The notes under the pieces are model-generated. The model did no database searches. It saw only the letters and a program-made list of their open reading frames with translations, and was not told the DNA's origin. From Octopus sinensis (taxonomy: Eukaryota), in assembly GCF_006345805.1 (NCBI RefSeq), contig NC_042998.1, positions 197,098,001 to 197,162,000 of the forward strand: DNA of 64,000 bases. The letters are read 5' to 3'. A program made the translations under genes and the position numbers. Shown here in pieces: positions 1 through 12,306 of this stretch. How positions within the stretch are numbered: position 1 is the stretch's first letter; each line of letters opens with the position of its first letter.

Positions 1-91
1 CGCCGTGGTTTGGGTGTAAGGTTATTATGGATTAGGCTAAGCAGCTTGACATAGGAACAGGAACAACAGTCGCAAACATTTTATGATATAA

Positions 92-495
92 GTAGCAGTA
101 TCGCCCGGCGTTTCTCGGGTTTGTAAGGGAAATAACTATATATAAGCATTTTTAGAGATTTATAGCAAAAAAATAGCAAAAAAAATGCATTAAAAATGGA
201 AAAAAAATGATGGTAAATTTTTTTTTAAATCGTTGACTCATCGTAGACATTTTAGAGAGTTACTTCCCTTATATAATAGCGAAAAATATGCATTAAAATG
301 GAAAAAAGTTATGGTAAATTTTTTTTTAAATCGTAGACTCATCGTAGACGCGCGCTAATACCCAGAAGGGCTCGATATGAATCACGACTATAAGATACCC
401 GGTTTTGGTTAAACTGCACCGCAAAATGTGGGAGTAGTTAGGAATCTAAATCGTAGGAGAGAGACAACACACAACCTCTCTTTTATATATAAAGA
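92..495 (-). mobile_element. Non-autonomous Helitron-like element, family A
   Basis: On the minus strand starts TCTTTATATATAAAA and ends with a GC hairpin plus CTAC (CTAG in other copies); homologous to 37666-38067 and 58536-58936. Confidence 0.7.
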
Positions 496-1858
496 TATTT
501 CCTATTATGATATAATAGGAAAGGTTTTACACACACCCACACATTCAGATAACCACAGCAGAGACTTAGAACATAAGGATCGACTTTCATAGTGTTTAAA
601 TTCTACGGTCATGAATGACTTACCCAAGGGACAGGAATGAATTGGCTTTGAATGAAAATTGAAACGTAAGTTCATCCAAAATTACTCAAGGCCCTGCCAT
701 TGATTTGTATGGCGAGAGGGGAGAAAACTGAACTGAGTTTATGGTGCTTACATACAGAAGTGCATTAGAAACAAGTGATTCTTTATAACACAGTTGTGCA
801 GGTACCAAGAATCATGTGTTGCTCTCTGGTGAGTCTCTCAACCTTTGCGATAGTCGTGGATGGCTTGACAATAGGTAGGGTGCGTGTTCTTCGGTTGATC
901 TTCGCGGGTTTTGCTTATTACTAGGGAAAAGCGGGCGAATCTTAAGGACATTCACTTTTGTTCTAAATTTTCTGCGCCTTGTATATTTCTGTTATTGGCG
1001 ATCATTCGGCACTAGTAACATAAATGTCAACTAGAAACCCACGTGGGTTTATTTACATTTCTGAAGAAAAAAGATACCCTTCCCCCCAGCCCTAACCCTA
1101 ACCCCACAAATATAAAAAAATAAAAACTTTACGGAAAGTGACAATCTTCTTCTTCTTCAAATGTAAACAAATACACATGACGTAGATGGGACTCGTATCG
1201 AAAGAATGTCCTGTTATTGAATGTGATGGTTGGTTTACTTAATGTTCTTGAATTTGCTTGTAATAGGGGAGGACGAAGGTAAAGGATACACCCACCACCC
1301 GTTTTCGGCGGTCAGTTTTAGGTTTAGGGCTACGCCGAAAACGGGTGGTCAACGTATTCTTTACCTCCACCATAAGGGAGACAGGATTTAGTGGATGTTA
1401 CGTTAAGTTTGTTGGGAACAGGACAACATCCATTACAATATTGTACCGTTTTGAATCCAGTTCCCATGGAAGGATCTGGCATCAGCTTTGTTTGCCATCA
1501 TCCCTGACAGTTACGTTGCAGTATTGGAGAATATCCGGAAGATATGAGTGTGATGTTATGTTTGCATGAAGTTGTCTACGTGGGAAGGTCGCGAAGGGAT
1601 TGGTGTAAAAAGAGTGGGTGAGAGAATAGAGCCTTGTTGTTGTTGTTGGACATGATTCTGTAGCAGTTGTTGTTGTTGGTAAACCAATGTTATTGTTGTT
1701 ACTGTTGATTGTTGTTGCAGTGTGTATTATTAGGCAATAAACAAACACTCGTGTGTCAAGCCATAAAAAAACTGTTATTCAAATTTAACACCGGACATTG
1801 TAAAAAAGCAAAAATACTTAGATTCTACAGCCATAAACGCTATTATTGTTATCAGGAT

Positions 1859-2337
1859 TGCACACACACGCACACACACACGCACGTACGCACACACACA
1901 CGCACGTACGCACACACACACGCACGTACGCACACACACACGCACGTACGCACACACACACGCACGTACGCACACACACACGCACACACACACACACGCA
2001 CACACACATACACACACACACATACACACACGCACATACACACACGCACATACGCACGCACACAGACACGCACATACGCACGCACACATACACGCACACA
2101 CACATACACACACACACACACATCTAAAAAATGTGTCTGCTCAATCCATACCATCATAGAAAATGAATGTAGAATCCTGATTACATATATACACAAGCTC
2201 GCGCGCGTGTGTGTGTGTGCGTGTGTTTGTGTGTGTGTTTGTGTGTGTTTGTGTGTGCGTGTGTGTTTGTGTGTGTGTGTGTGTGTGTGTTTGTGCGTGT
2301 GTGTTTGTGTGTGTGTTGTGTGTGTTTGTGTGTGCGT

Positions 2338-2369
<32 letters not shown>

Positions 2370-2489
2370 TTGTGCGTGTGTGTTTGTGTGTGTGTTTGTG
2401 TGTGTGTGTGCCTACACACATGCAATTCTATTTCTGTCTATACATTTATATTCTCATACGTGTATGTATGTGTTCGGGTATATGTTTGG

Positions 2490-2560
<71 letters not shown>
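1859..2560. repeat. Compound (CA)n/CACGTACG tract followed by compound (TG)n tract
   Basis: Directly visible; source of the H/T- and V/C-rich ORFs. Confidence 0.95.
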
Positions 2561-2562
<2 letters not shown>

Positions 2563-2755
2563 GTTCTTTGAACACTATTTATGGTTCTGTCATTGAAATG
2601 TTAAATTTCCTCTTGTTGAACCAAATCCTAAATACTCACCATTCTCCGCCGCCAATCATTGACTCCTTCTTTCACGTGCACCACTCACCATTCTTTCTTT
2701 GGAAGGCGAAATAAAGAACTTTTAAATGAGATTGGGTTAACGTCTACCACCATCG

Positions 2756-2756
2756 T

Positions 2757-2825
<69 letters not shown>

Positions 2826-2903
2826 CGTTACTACTACTACTGTCGCCACCACTGCTGCTGCTGCTACTACTACTACTGTCGCCATCGCTACTACTACTAC
2901 TAC
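2756..2903. repeat. (ACT/ACC/GCT)n trinucleotide microsatellite
   Basis: Directly visible. Confidence 0.95.
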
Positions 2904-3101
2904 GTTTGTTGTAATGGTATAATGGCCTTGTAATTAAGAAGTTTGGTTTGCAATCACAAAGCACCGTGCTGGATGCGACTACGCACCAACTTTGGCTTAT
3001 GCCTTGTCCCATAAGATACCGTAGGCACATGCCTTTGTCCGAACCCTTGTGACCGAAAGTGGATAAACGGAGACTGGAAATGATTCACCAGAATTGTATC
3101 T

Positions 3102-3276
3102 GTGCCGTTACGTTCTGAGTTCAAATTCCGTCAAGGTTGACTTTGCCTTTCATCCTTTCGGGGTCGATTAAATAAGTACCAGTTACGCACTGGGGTCGAT
3201 GTAATCGACTTAATACCTATGTCTGTCCTTGTTTAGTCCCCTCTATGTTTAGCCCCTTGTGGGCAATAAAGAAATA
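3102..3276 (+). mobile_element. 5'-truncated SINE, family M (contains gtcgactttgcctttcatcctttcggggtcgat, MetaSINE-domain-like)
   Basis: Matches other family M copies; flanked by 11-bp direct repeat agaattgtatc. Confidence 0.8.
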
Positions 3277-3454
3277 AGAATTGTATCCATTCTTAAGTGA
3301 TAGACGCAATCCGCCATCTGGTTTAACACCACTTCATGGACATTGGGTTCCTTTAGTAGAATTCACACCGTTGCAAGGACACTGGAGCAAAGTCCGAAGT
3401 TAATTCATTATCATGATACATAAATATTCTCAATCAAAATCAAAATAAAATTCG

Positions 3455-3988
3455 ATGACTGGCATCTGTGCTAGCGGGGTGCATGGAGCACCATACGAGT
3501 GTGATCATTGACAGAGCGGCTAACCGGCTTCAGTGCCAGTGGCACTTGAAAGGCACCATTCGAGCGTGGTCGTTACCAGCATCGCCTTACTGGCACTCGA
3601 ACCCCATGCTAGTAGGGTGCCTAGAGCACCATCCGAGTGTGATCGTTGCCAGAGCAGCCAACTGGCCTCCGTGCCGGCGGCACGTAAAAGACACCATTCG
3701 AGTGTGATCGTTACCAGCATCACCTTACTGGCACCTGTGCTGGTAGCATGTGTAAAAGATTTGAGTGAGATCATTGCCAGTACCACCTGACTGGCCCTGT
3801 GCCAGTGGCACCTAAAAGCACCCGCTACACTCTTGGAGTGGTTGGCGTTAGGAAGGGCATCCAGCTGTAGAAACTCTGCCAGATCAAGATTAAAGCCTGG
3901 TGCAGCCATCTGGTTCGCCAGCCCTCAGTCATTCATCCAACCCATGCTAGCATGGAAAGCGGATGTTAAACGATGATGATGATGATGA
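3455..3988 (+). mobile_element. SINE-like element, family R (RTE-type 3' tail ending in (GAT)n)
   Basis: ggttggcgttaggaagggcatccagctgtagaaa...gttaaacgatgatgat tail shared by more than 20 copies in the window. Confidence 0.85.
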
Positions 3989-4049
3989 ATTTAATATGTG
4001 GAAAGGCGGCGAGCTGACATATGAGTATAGGACAGCATGGTTGCTTCAG

Positions 4050-5921
4050 TCAGGGCTTGTTTTTGAACCATCTTTTGACAGTGCCTTGTATAGGGATCTC
4101 ACCACTCTTGCTACAGAAAGGATGAAGCGATGGTAAAAGTTTATCATGCCCAGAAATTGGTGTAGAACTTTGCTTGTGGTGAGGCTTAGAAAGGATAAGA
4201 TAGCTTTCATTTTTACTGGCAGAGATGTAGCACCAGCATCTGTGATTCGATGTCCCAGGAAGTCGATTTCGGTAACACCAAAAACTCACTTGGCGGGGTT
4301 GATTACTAGACCATACTGTTTCAGTCTATCAAAGAGTCACTGGGTGCTTCTTGTGTAGCTTCGCATTTTGGCTTGCAATAAAGATAACATCTAAGTATGT
4401 AAAGACAAAATCAAGACAGTACATGGTGTCCATAAAACGTTGGAAGGATTGTGCTACGTTTTCCAGGCCAAAGGGTATACGTAGGAATTCATACATTCTG
4501 AACAGATTGATCACAGCGGTTTTCGGTACATCGTCGTCTTGTACTAGTATTTGGTAATAACCTCGGATGAGGTCGACCTTCAAGAAAACCAAGCACCTGG
4601 CTAGCTAGGCAGAGAAGTCCTGTATGTTCGAAATAGGTAGCGGTGTGTCATATCTGCGTTGAGACGGCTGTAATCTCTACAAGGCTACCAACCTTCGCTG
4701 GGTTTCGGTGCCACATGCAGGGATGACAACCAGAGACTGCTTGATCGGCGAACTACACCCAACGCTTCCATATTGTCAAACTCTGTCATTGCAATAGCAA
4801 GTTTGTCTGTTGATAGACAACGTGCACGGCTGTACACTAGGGGTGGGATGTAGTGTGTCACTCTGTGGTGGGCTGTAGGTTTGAAGAATGTCGGGGTACC
4901 GAGATTGGGACAACTCACAAGGAGATTCGAGAATTTGTTCTCGGTCTGAGAGGCGGTTGCCAGAGATACGGATGCTTATGTGTTGCTGTTGATGAGTCAT
5001 CTCCCCTGCAAATCAACCAGCATTAAGTGTGCTTAAAGAAAGTCTGCCGCGATGGTGAATGCCCATATGTATTTTTGTGAGCCGATGTTGAGAGAAAGGA
5101 TGTGGCGACTGTACGTCTCGATTGTGGAGCCGTTGGCAGCTGTTAAAGGTTGGCCCCACTTTCCGCAATGGAAGTCCCTTGCCGACGCTGGGATCACGTT
5201 GACTTTTGCGGACATAGAGAAGCAGTTGGTCATGTCTGCTGGTCACCATATTATTCAATGGCGGTCAGCTCTGGAGTTTCAAGGGGTCTTGAAGCTGCAT
5301 GGTTGTTTGCACTTTGTAGCCTTTTCCCCAAACTTTGTGTGGTAGAAGCATAGGTCGTCTTACTTGACTCTACCATGTCTCGAGACTGACTCTATGGCTT
5401 TGATCATAACACCACAGGTCCTTGATGTCAGTTTGAGTTATGAAGGCCTTGACCTAGGGTGGGAACTTGTGGAGGAATATTTCTCGAAACAAAAGGGAAG
5501 GTGACTTGTTGGGGGGAACTAATGCCAACATCTTGTCCATCAACTGAAGGCTTGGTATCACCTAATTCTTCCTCCAGGATCTTGGCTGCCACTTCCCAGT
5601 TGCTCCACCAGAATGTATCTACCAGCCTGTCTTTTAACGCGGTGTATTTGTGCATTGCTGTAGATTGGATTAAAATGTCCAGCCCCCTCGTTGATGTGTC
5701 TTCATCTAGTGCCGCTACTACATACGACTATTTCGTTAGGTCTGAAATAATTTTGTGTACCTTAAATTGTACTTCCACCTACGCGAACCATAGCTCAGCC
5801 CTCTTTGACCAGAATTGTAGTAGCTTTGGTGCTGTTGTGTGATCATTTGCCATGTTTCTTTGATTTTCTGTTTACTTCAATATGCAAAGCAAAAGCTATT
5901 GTTCTTCCGTGGGGGTCACCA
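4050..5921 (-). mobile_element. Degenerate Ty3/Gypsy LTR retrotransposon internal region (CsRn1-like): PBS, gag, protease, RT
   Basis: RT KVDLIRGYYQI...YEFLRIPFGL...YLDV (4329-4592); protease LTAANGSTIETY (5033-5233); gag KYTALKDRL...LGDTKPS (5428-5655); PBS TGGTGACCCCC at 5911-5921; many stops and frameshifts. Confidence 0.85.
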
Positions 5922-5970
5922 GTCATAGCTTTTGTTAAGCTATACACAAAAATTTAACGGAGACCCAGAA

Positions 5971-6285
5971 TCATCATCATCATTTGACGTCAACTTTCCT
6001 TGCTAGCATGGGTTGGAGAATTTGACTGAGGGCTGGCGAACCAGATGGCTGCACCAGGCTCCAATCTTGATCTGGCAGAGTTTCTACAGCTGGATGCCCT
6101 TCCTAACACCAACCACTCCGTGAGTGTAGTGGGTGCTCTTACGTGCCACCGACACGAGGGCCAGTCTGGTGGTACAGGCAACGGCCACGCCTAAATGGTG
6201 CTTTTTACGTGCCACCTGCACAGGAGCCAGTCCAGCGGCACTGGCGACGACCTCGCTCGAATGTTTCACGTGCCACCAGCACAAG
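5971..6285 (-). mobile_element. Family R SINE
   Basis: (CAT)n then reverse RTE-type tail. Confidence 0.85.
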
Positions 6286-6712
6286 TTCTAGTAATGTGTA
6301 AGTGAAAGATTTATTCAGTTGAATACATGAGGGTAACAACTGCCAGTTAGCTCCTACTTAGTCGGAAGCCCGTTTAATCAGAAGTCAACATTGCCACTGA
6401 CCAGCTCCCTAGCTAGCCAGCAGTGAAGTTCCCGTCTACAGTTCATCTGTCATAAATCCTTGGGCAGTGCCCTACAATAGTCTATTTAGGGATTATTTAA
6501 CTGGACTCCTTATATAAAAATATTTTGTAATAAAATTGGGAAAATTTTCAGTATTGGAAATGTGCTATGATAGAGATGAAGTGGGGGGGGACTTACTGTA
6601 GTGGAATAGATCTACTTGGTCTATTTTATATTTTTATACTTTATTTATTAAACTTTTGTATACTTGTTGAAAATACAAAATCATTATATATATGTGTATA
6701 TATATATATATG

Positions 6713-6926
6713 TTGCCAGCCTCACCTGGCACCTGTGCAGGTGGCACGTAAAAAGCACCCACTACACTCATGGAGTGGTTGGCGTTAGGAAGGGCATTCA
6801 GCTGTAGAAACATTGCCAGATTAGACTGGAGCCTGGTGCAGCCTTCTGGCTTCCCAGATCCCCGGTCGAACCGTCCAACCCATGCTAGCATGGAGAACGG
6901 ACGTTAAACAATGATGATGATGATGA
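6713..6926 (+). mobile_element. Family R SINE, 5'-truncated
   Basis: RTE-type tail plus (GAT)n. Confidence 0.85.
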
Positions 6927-7289
6927 TATAAAACTCATTCAAACATTTCAATACTCTTGAAAGGGGTTTTGTTATTATGTAATGTATTTGTCCAGCAGCA
7001 CATTCGAGCGAGGTCATTACCAGCAATATTTTACCATTTTGAATCCAGTTCCCATGGAAGGACCTGGCATCAGCTTTGTTTGCCATCATCCCTGAAATGT
7101 CCTGGGCCCGGTGGTGCTAGATGTATCAAATTGCTATTTTGATGAAATTTAATAATTTTCTAATTTTGTCCTTTCCATTCAATTAGGTACTTTCTACCTG
7201 ATTAGTTGAAACTAACCAGTCAATTTACCAAGCTGTCTAGCACTCAGATAATCAAGTTACTAAGTCATTAAGCTACTCAACAGTCCACC

Positions 7290-7338
7290 ATGTACTCTTT
7301 ATTCAGAAGGAGTACCCTTATTAAAAAAGGGTTTCAAT
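7290..7338 (+). CDS. Candidate first coding exon (exon 1) of the + strand gene; MYSLFRRSTLIKKGFQ
   Basis: CCACCATG context at 7285-7292 with an in-frame TAA just upstream; donor GTAAGT at 7339; ends phase 1, matching exon 12099. Could instead be an internal exon (AG at 7282-7283 or 7305-7306). Confidence 0.5.
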
Positions 7339-7565
7339 GTAAGTATCTGTTTCTTGTTCACAACATTTGAATGTGTTCAGCAGTAAATATTTACATCTCA
7401 TCATCGTCATACTTGTTCTCATTTTGCCCCTAATGAAAGATCCAGTTTGAAATATAAAAATGTCCTTCTTATGGACTTCAATCTCTGATTGTTATTGACA
7501 AATGTGATTTGTTTTTCTAGGACTCCCACTGAACTTTGTTTTATGTTGTTCAGTGTTTGTTAGTA

Positions 7566-7981
7566 TACTCTTTACTCTTTTACTCTTTTACTTGTTTCAG
7601 TCATTTGACTGTGGCCATGCTGGAGCACCGCCTTTAGTCGAGCAACTCGACCCTGGGACTTATTCTTTGTAAGCCCAGTACTTATTCTATCGGTCTCTTT
7701 TGCCAAACCGTTAAGTGACGGGGACGTAAACACACCAGCATCGGTTGTCAAGCAATGCTAGGGGAACAAACACAGACACACAAACACACACGCACATATA
7801 TATATATATATATACATATATACGACAGGCTTCTTTCAGTTTCCGTCTACCAAATCCACTCACAAGGCTTTGGTCGGCCCGGGGCTATAGTAGAAGACAC
7901 TTGCCCAAGATGCCACGCAGTGGGACTGAACCCGGAACCATGTGGTTGGTAAGCAAGCTACTTACCACACAGCCACTCCTG
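7566..7981 (-). mobile_element. tRNA-derived SINE, family O (head ggcgcaggagtggctgtgtggtaag, tail gactgaaacaagtaaaagag)
   Basis: B-box-like ggttcagtccc, CORE-like ccttgggcaagtg, central (TA/TG) linker; about a dozen near-full copies in the window. Confidence 0.85.
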
Positions 7982-8444
7982 TGGCAAGATACATTGATTT
8001 CTGACTGGATATGACACATACCTTTTCTATGAATGGATATCATGTATATTGGTTTTTGATTGGATATGACACACACATATTGATTTCTAATTGGATATGA
8101 CTCTTATATGCATAGATCAATAAATGATCAGCCCCATTGCTGTTTGCAAAGAAGAGCAAATGCTTTCTAGTTTCAATCCCCATCACATCATCCGCATCAG
8201 CAACATTAAACAACAATGACAACATTAACATCAGGAACAATAACAGCAGCAGATACAAACATTGACAATAGCTATTATAACAAGTACAATAGCTGTATGT
8301 ATTTATATATATATATATATATATATCTATATATATATATATATATATAACAAGTAGAAAGGTAAATTATATTCAATGCGTAAATACTGAACAGTATATA
8401 TCTACAGGATAAAATCCTTTTTAAAAGCAGAAAAATTTGCCAGC

Positions 8445-8673
8445 AAATTTATATATATATATAAATTAAGTACCAGTTGCATATTGGGGGCCAATGTAAT
8501 CAACTGGCCCCCTCCCTTGAAATTTTGGGCTTTGCACCTAGAGTAGAAAGTATATATATATATATATATACTTTCTACTCTAGGTGCAAAGCCCAAAATT
8601 TCAAGGGAGGGGGCCAGTTGATTACATTGGCCCCCAATATGCAACTGGTACTTAATTTATATATATATAAATT

Positions 8674-8674
<1 letters not shown>
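8445..8674. repeat. Near-perfect 230-bp palindrome centred on (TA)10
   Basis: 8464-8550 is the exact reverse complement of 8571-8657; the ORF track shows the same peptide on both strands. Confidence 0.95.
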
Positions 8675-8706
<32 letters not shown>

Positions 8707-9169
8707 AATTTAGAGATAGTAGGCCCCTACATCTCACCATATAAAAAGAATTTTAATTTTTATTTTAAATACCTACTGTTTAATTACTTGGCAACACGTG
8801 TTTCATGAGGTACATCCTTCGGTTCCTAAACCACTCTGTGTTTTCCTGGAACCCTTCTTAAAATGTAACTCCAATCATCAGGCCCTTATATCACTTTATC
8901 AACGTTCAATACAATAAACTACATTTTAATTTTTTAAAGCCCTTAAGTATGTGTAAAATAGGTGTGTTTAAATTAGTTTCACTGGACTCTAGAGTACAAG
9001 CCATAATTCAGATCAAAATTCAAATAAAGATAAAAAGTTACAAAAACAAAATAAAATAAAGTAAGGAATAAAAAAGCTAAAAAAATTATGCAGAAATTTA
9101 TAAAAACTATGTTAGTAATATATAGTGTTCCAAATAAAATCAAATTTACAAAAACTATTTTCTATTTTT

Positions 9170-9559
9170 CTATTTTACTTGTTTCAGTCATTTGACTGTG
9201 GCCATGCTGGAGCACCGCCTTTAGTCGAGCAAATCGACCCCGGGACTTATTCTTTTGTAAGCCCAGTACTATCGGTCTCTTTTGCCAAACCGCTAAGTGA
9301 CGAGGACGTAAACACACCAGCATCGGATGTCAAGCAATGCTAGGGGGACAAACACAGACACACGAACACACACACACACACACATACATACATACATATA
9401 TACATATATACGACAGGCTTCTTTCAGTTTCCGTCTACCAAATCCACTCACAAGGCATTGGTTGGCCCGGGGCTATAGCAGAAGACACTTGCCCAAGATG
9501 CCACACAGTGGGACTGAACCCGGAACCATGTGGTTGGTTAGCAAGCTACTTACCACACA
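9170..9559 (-). mobile_element. Family O SINE
   Basis: Same tail and body as 7566-7981, head clipped. Confidence 0.85.
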
Positions 9560-9945
9560 ATGTTAATAAATATATAAAAAATATAAAAAATGTGAATAAT
9601 CACATTTTTTGACTGCCAGAATTGTGTTGCTGTCGAGTTTTATAGCATTGTGGACACCAAGAACCATGGATTTTTTCTTTTTTTTGGCATTAGTCTTCTG
9701 TTCAAGCTTTAGAATTACAGACATAGCTAACCAAATCACTCATATTGAGTACTACTTTGTATGGCTTTGAGAGCTGGGTCCCAATAAAAAACTGATGAGT
9801 GCCTATCAAATATGTTTGAACTATGGCTTTGGTGAAGGGTTCTGTGTATCAACTAATTTAACTCATAGAACTAATAAATGAATTCATGAAAAGATCAAAA
9901 TACCAATGGAGAAAATTTTGTTTGGCTATATGAAGAAGAAGAAGC

Positions 9946-10175
9946 GATGAGCTGGCAGACACGTTAGCGCGCTGGGTGAAATACTTAGCGGTATTTCGTC
10001 TGTCGTTACGTTCTGAGTTCAAATTCCGCCGAGGTCGACTTTGCCTTTCATCCTTTCAGGGTCGATAAATAAAAGTACCAGTTTCGCACTGGGGTCGATG
10101 TAATCGACTTAATCCCTTTGTCTGTCCTTGTTTGTCCTCTCTATGTTTAGCCCCCTGTGGGCAATAAAGAAATAT
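9946..10175 (+). mobile_element. Family M SINE with target-site duplication
   Basis: Flanked by tatatgaagaagaagaag on both sides. Confidence 0.85.
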
Positions 10176-10421
10176 ATATGAAGAAGAAGAAGATATCAAG
10201 GTATAGCTGTTAGAAAGGAAGGAACCACCAGTTGATGAGGATAACCATTGTAGGAGAATCTGAAGGATGATGATGCTGCCCTGGTAGAAAGAGAATGAAT
10301 TGAATGGATAACACCATTCATTGGATTCAGAATGATTTCACAGTTGCACACATGAATACTTATGGAAAATATCAATGATCCTTGATGTTTACAACACACT
10401 GGATTGATAAATTTGTGACAA

Positions 10422-10662
10422 AGCTCTATCTGCGATGATTTCATCTCAATCGAAGGAGAGGGGCTTTCTCCGTCCGGGTTGCGGATCCGTGGAATAAGCT
10501 GCCGGACGAGATAGTGAAGATGCCGACGACCGCTCGGTTCAAAGTCTCCATTGACCAGAAATGGCCTGAACTCTTTGCATGAACACCCTCCCTGTACATA
10601 ACTCCATGTTCCCCTACATGGCCTTACTTTTTGCTTTTTGAACCAAAAAATTAACTTAACTT
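10422..10662 (+). mobile_element. CR1-clade LINE 3' end
   Basis: FSVRVADPWNKLPDEIV motif and (TAAC)-like tail; homologous to 42220-42464. Confidence 0.85.
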
Positions 10663-12098
10663 ATGTCATTACTGCAATCATGTATCATGTGACACATCTT
10701 CTTCCATATTTAGACATGTCTTCACTATATACCGTTTGTAATTTAAACTGTTTCATTGTAATTTTAAAATAATAAATGGTTTAATGAGAAAATAACTAAG
10801 TAAAATAGGGTTAATTAGTTAGTTGCCCTTCATGCATTTAAAGCATAAACAGGGGCCTATGACAGGTTCTTTTTTGCTATTTGCCTCCTTTTTTTTCTAA
10901 TTTGATAGATTTCCTTTGAATTAATATATTAACTGCAACTTTCATCATGTAGTGTTTGTTTTAAGCTGGCATGAGGATGGTTTGACAGGGTCCAATGAGC
11001 TGCAGGGCTGTGTTGGGCTCCAGTGTCACCTTTTGTATGATTTCTATGCTGAATTCTCTTCCTAATAATAACCGTAATATAGTGTGTAGTGGGTGCTTTT
11101 TTAATGGCAGTAGTACTAGTGAATTCATCGAGACAAGGAAAATAAAGCTCCCTTGACTAAATGGAAGTGTATTTGGAAGGAGGTAGTTTTATTCTAGCAT
11201 TGAGAGGCTAAAGTATGATAGAGGGGTAAGCACAGCTGTCTTGCAATAGAGGAAATTTATGGCTGTTGCATTATATAAGGGTAGGTGGAAGTAACTGGAA
11301 AGAAGATAATGATGGTGGTGATGGAGTACCAGAGTGAACTTTAGTAGTACAAGAAGGCAAGGAAGAATATGGACAATGGTTCAGGGAGTAGGAGAGGGTG
11401 GGTAATTTCATAAATGTGTGAGAGCAGTGACAGATGGGGGGGGTCAGAGGTGGCGGTGTGGTTGATGGTAAATATCAATGTGGCAGGGAGTTGGATGAGA
11501 GAGATAGAAATGACCAAAGAAGGGGACATGTGGTAGAATAGGAAGGTGAGGAGAGCAGCAGTATTATAAACCTGTAGATAGAGACTAAGGGACTGATACA
11601 GGGTGTAAGGGGTGGGGGAGGGAGGTGTAAAAGCAATGAAAGCCATTGTTGGAAAAAAAAGATATTGATGAATTTACATGTGAACAAAAGAAAGAAGGCT
11701 TGACTGAGGATGGTATAAACATGGACCAGTTCGTCATTGATAATTTAATCAAATCCAGGCTTAATTGACTGAAAGCTATGACATTAGCTAAAGGAGAGCC
11801 TTCAAAATTTTTTATGAAGTTGGTACAAGTCAAATAAATGTTGTTTTATTACCTTGACTATAAAGTAATTCTAGGCTACTGTACCTAAGTGTTGACTTAA
11901 CGAAGTAAATCTCAATTTCAATTACCAGATTTATTCCTACCACTTCATGCCACCATTTATAATTAATCTGAAGTTGCCTCGTTTATCTTTTTTTTTTTTT
12001 TAATCAGTATCATTAAGGTAAATAATTTTATTTTTACCTCTACTAGTGTAATTTTAGTAAAGCATTTAAATTTTGCTAATTTTCTGTTACCTAAACAG

Positions 12099-12158
12099 CG
12101 ACCGAAATAAAGCATGAAGTCATTTTTAATTCCTATGAAGAACTGGAAGAGAAACCGT
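12099..12158 (+). CDS. Exon 2 (TEIKHEVIFNSYEELEEKP)
   Basis: Acceptor tttctgttacctaaacAG, donor GTAAGT, 60 nt, phase 1 to 1, open. Confidence 0.75.
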
Positions 12159-12306
12159 GTAAGTCTCTCTTTGCTTTTATATATCCATCTTTTATGCTTG
12201 TTTATCTTACGTAACTTTTTATTTATTCTTCTTTTTCTTTGTTAAATTTTTGAGAAAGTTGACAAAAGATACAGTGTGCTGCAGTTTAGCCCCAAGTCAA
12301 AATTGA

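Noticed and set aside
1709-2714. Long HT- and VC-rich ORFs on both strands
   Set aside because: Dinucleotide microsatellite translations; the same applies to 41346-41810.
1436-7095. 72-bp direct repeats as LTRs of the Gypsy remnant
   Set aside because: The 5' LTR should abut the PBS at 5921; the repeat is over 1 kb away and the similarity does not extend.
7745-8014. Recurrent ORFs of type MSSNARGTNTDT...RQASFSFRLPNPLTR
   Set aside because: Antisense translation of family O SINEs, repeated at many loci in the window.
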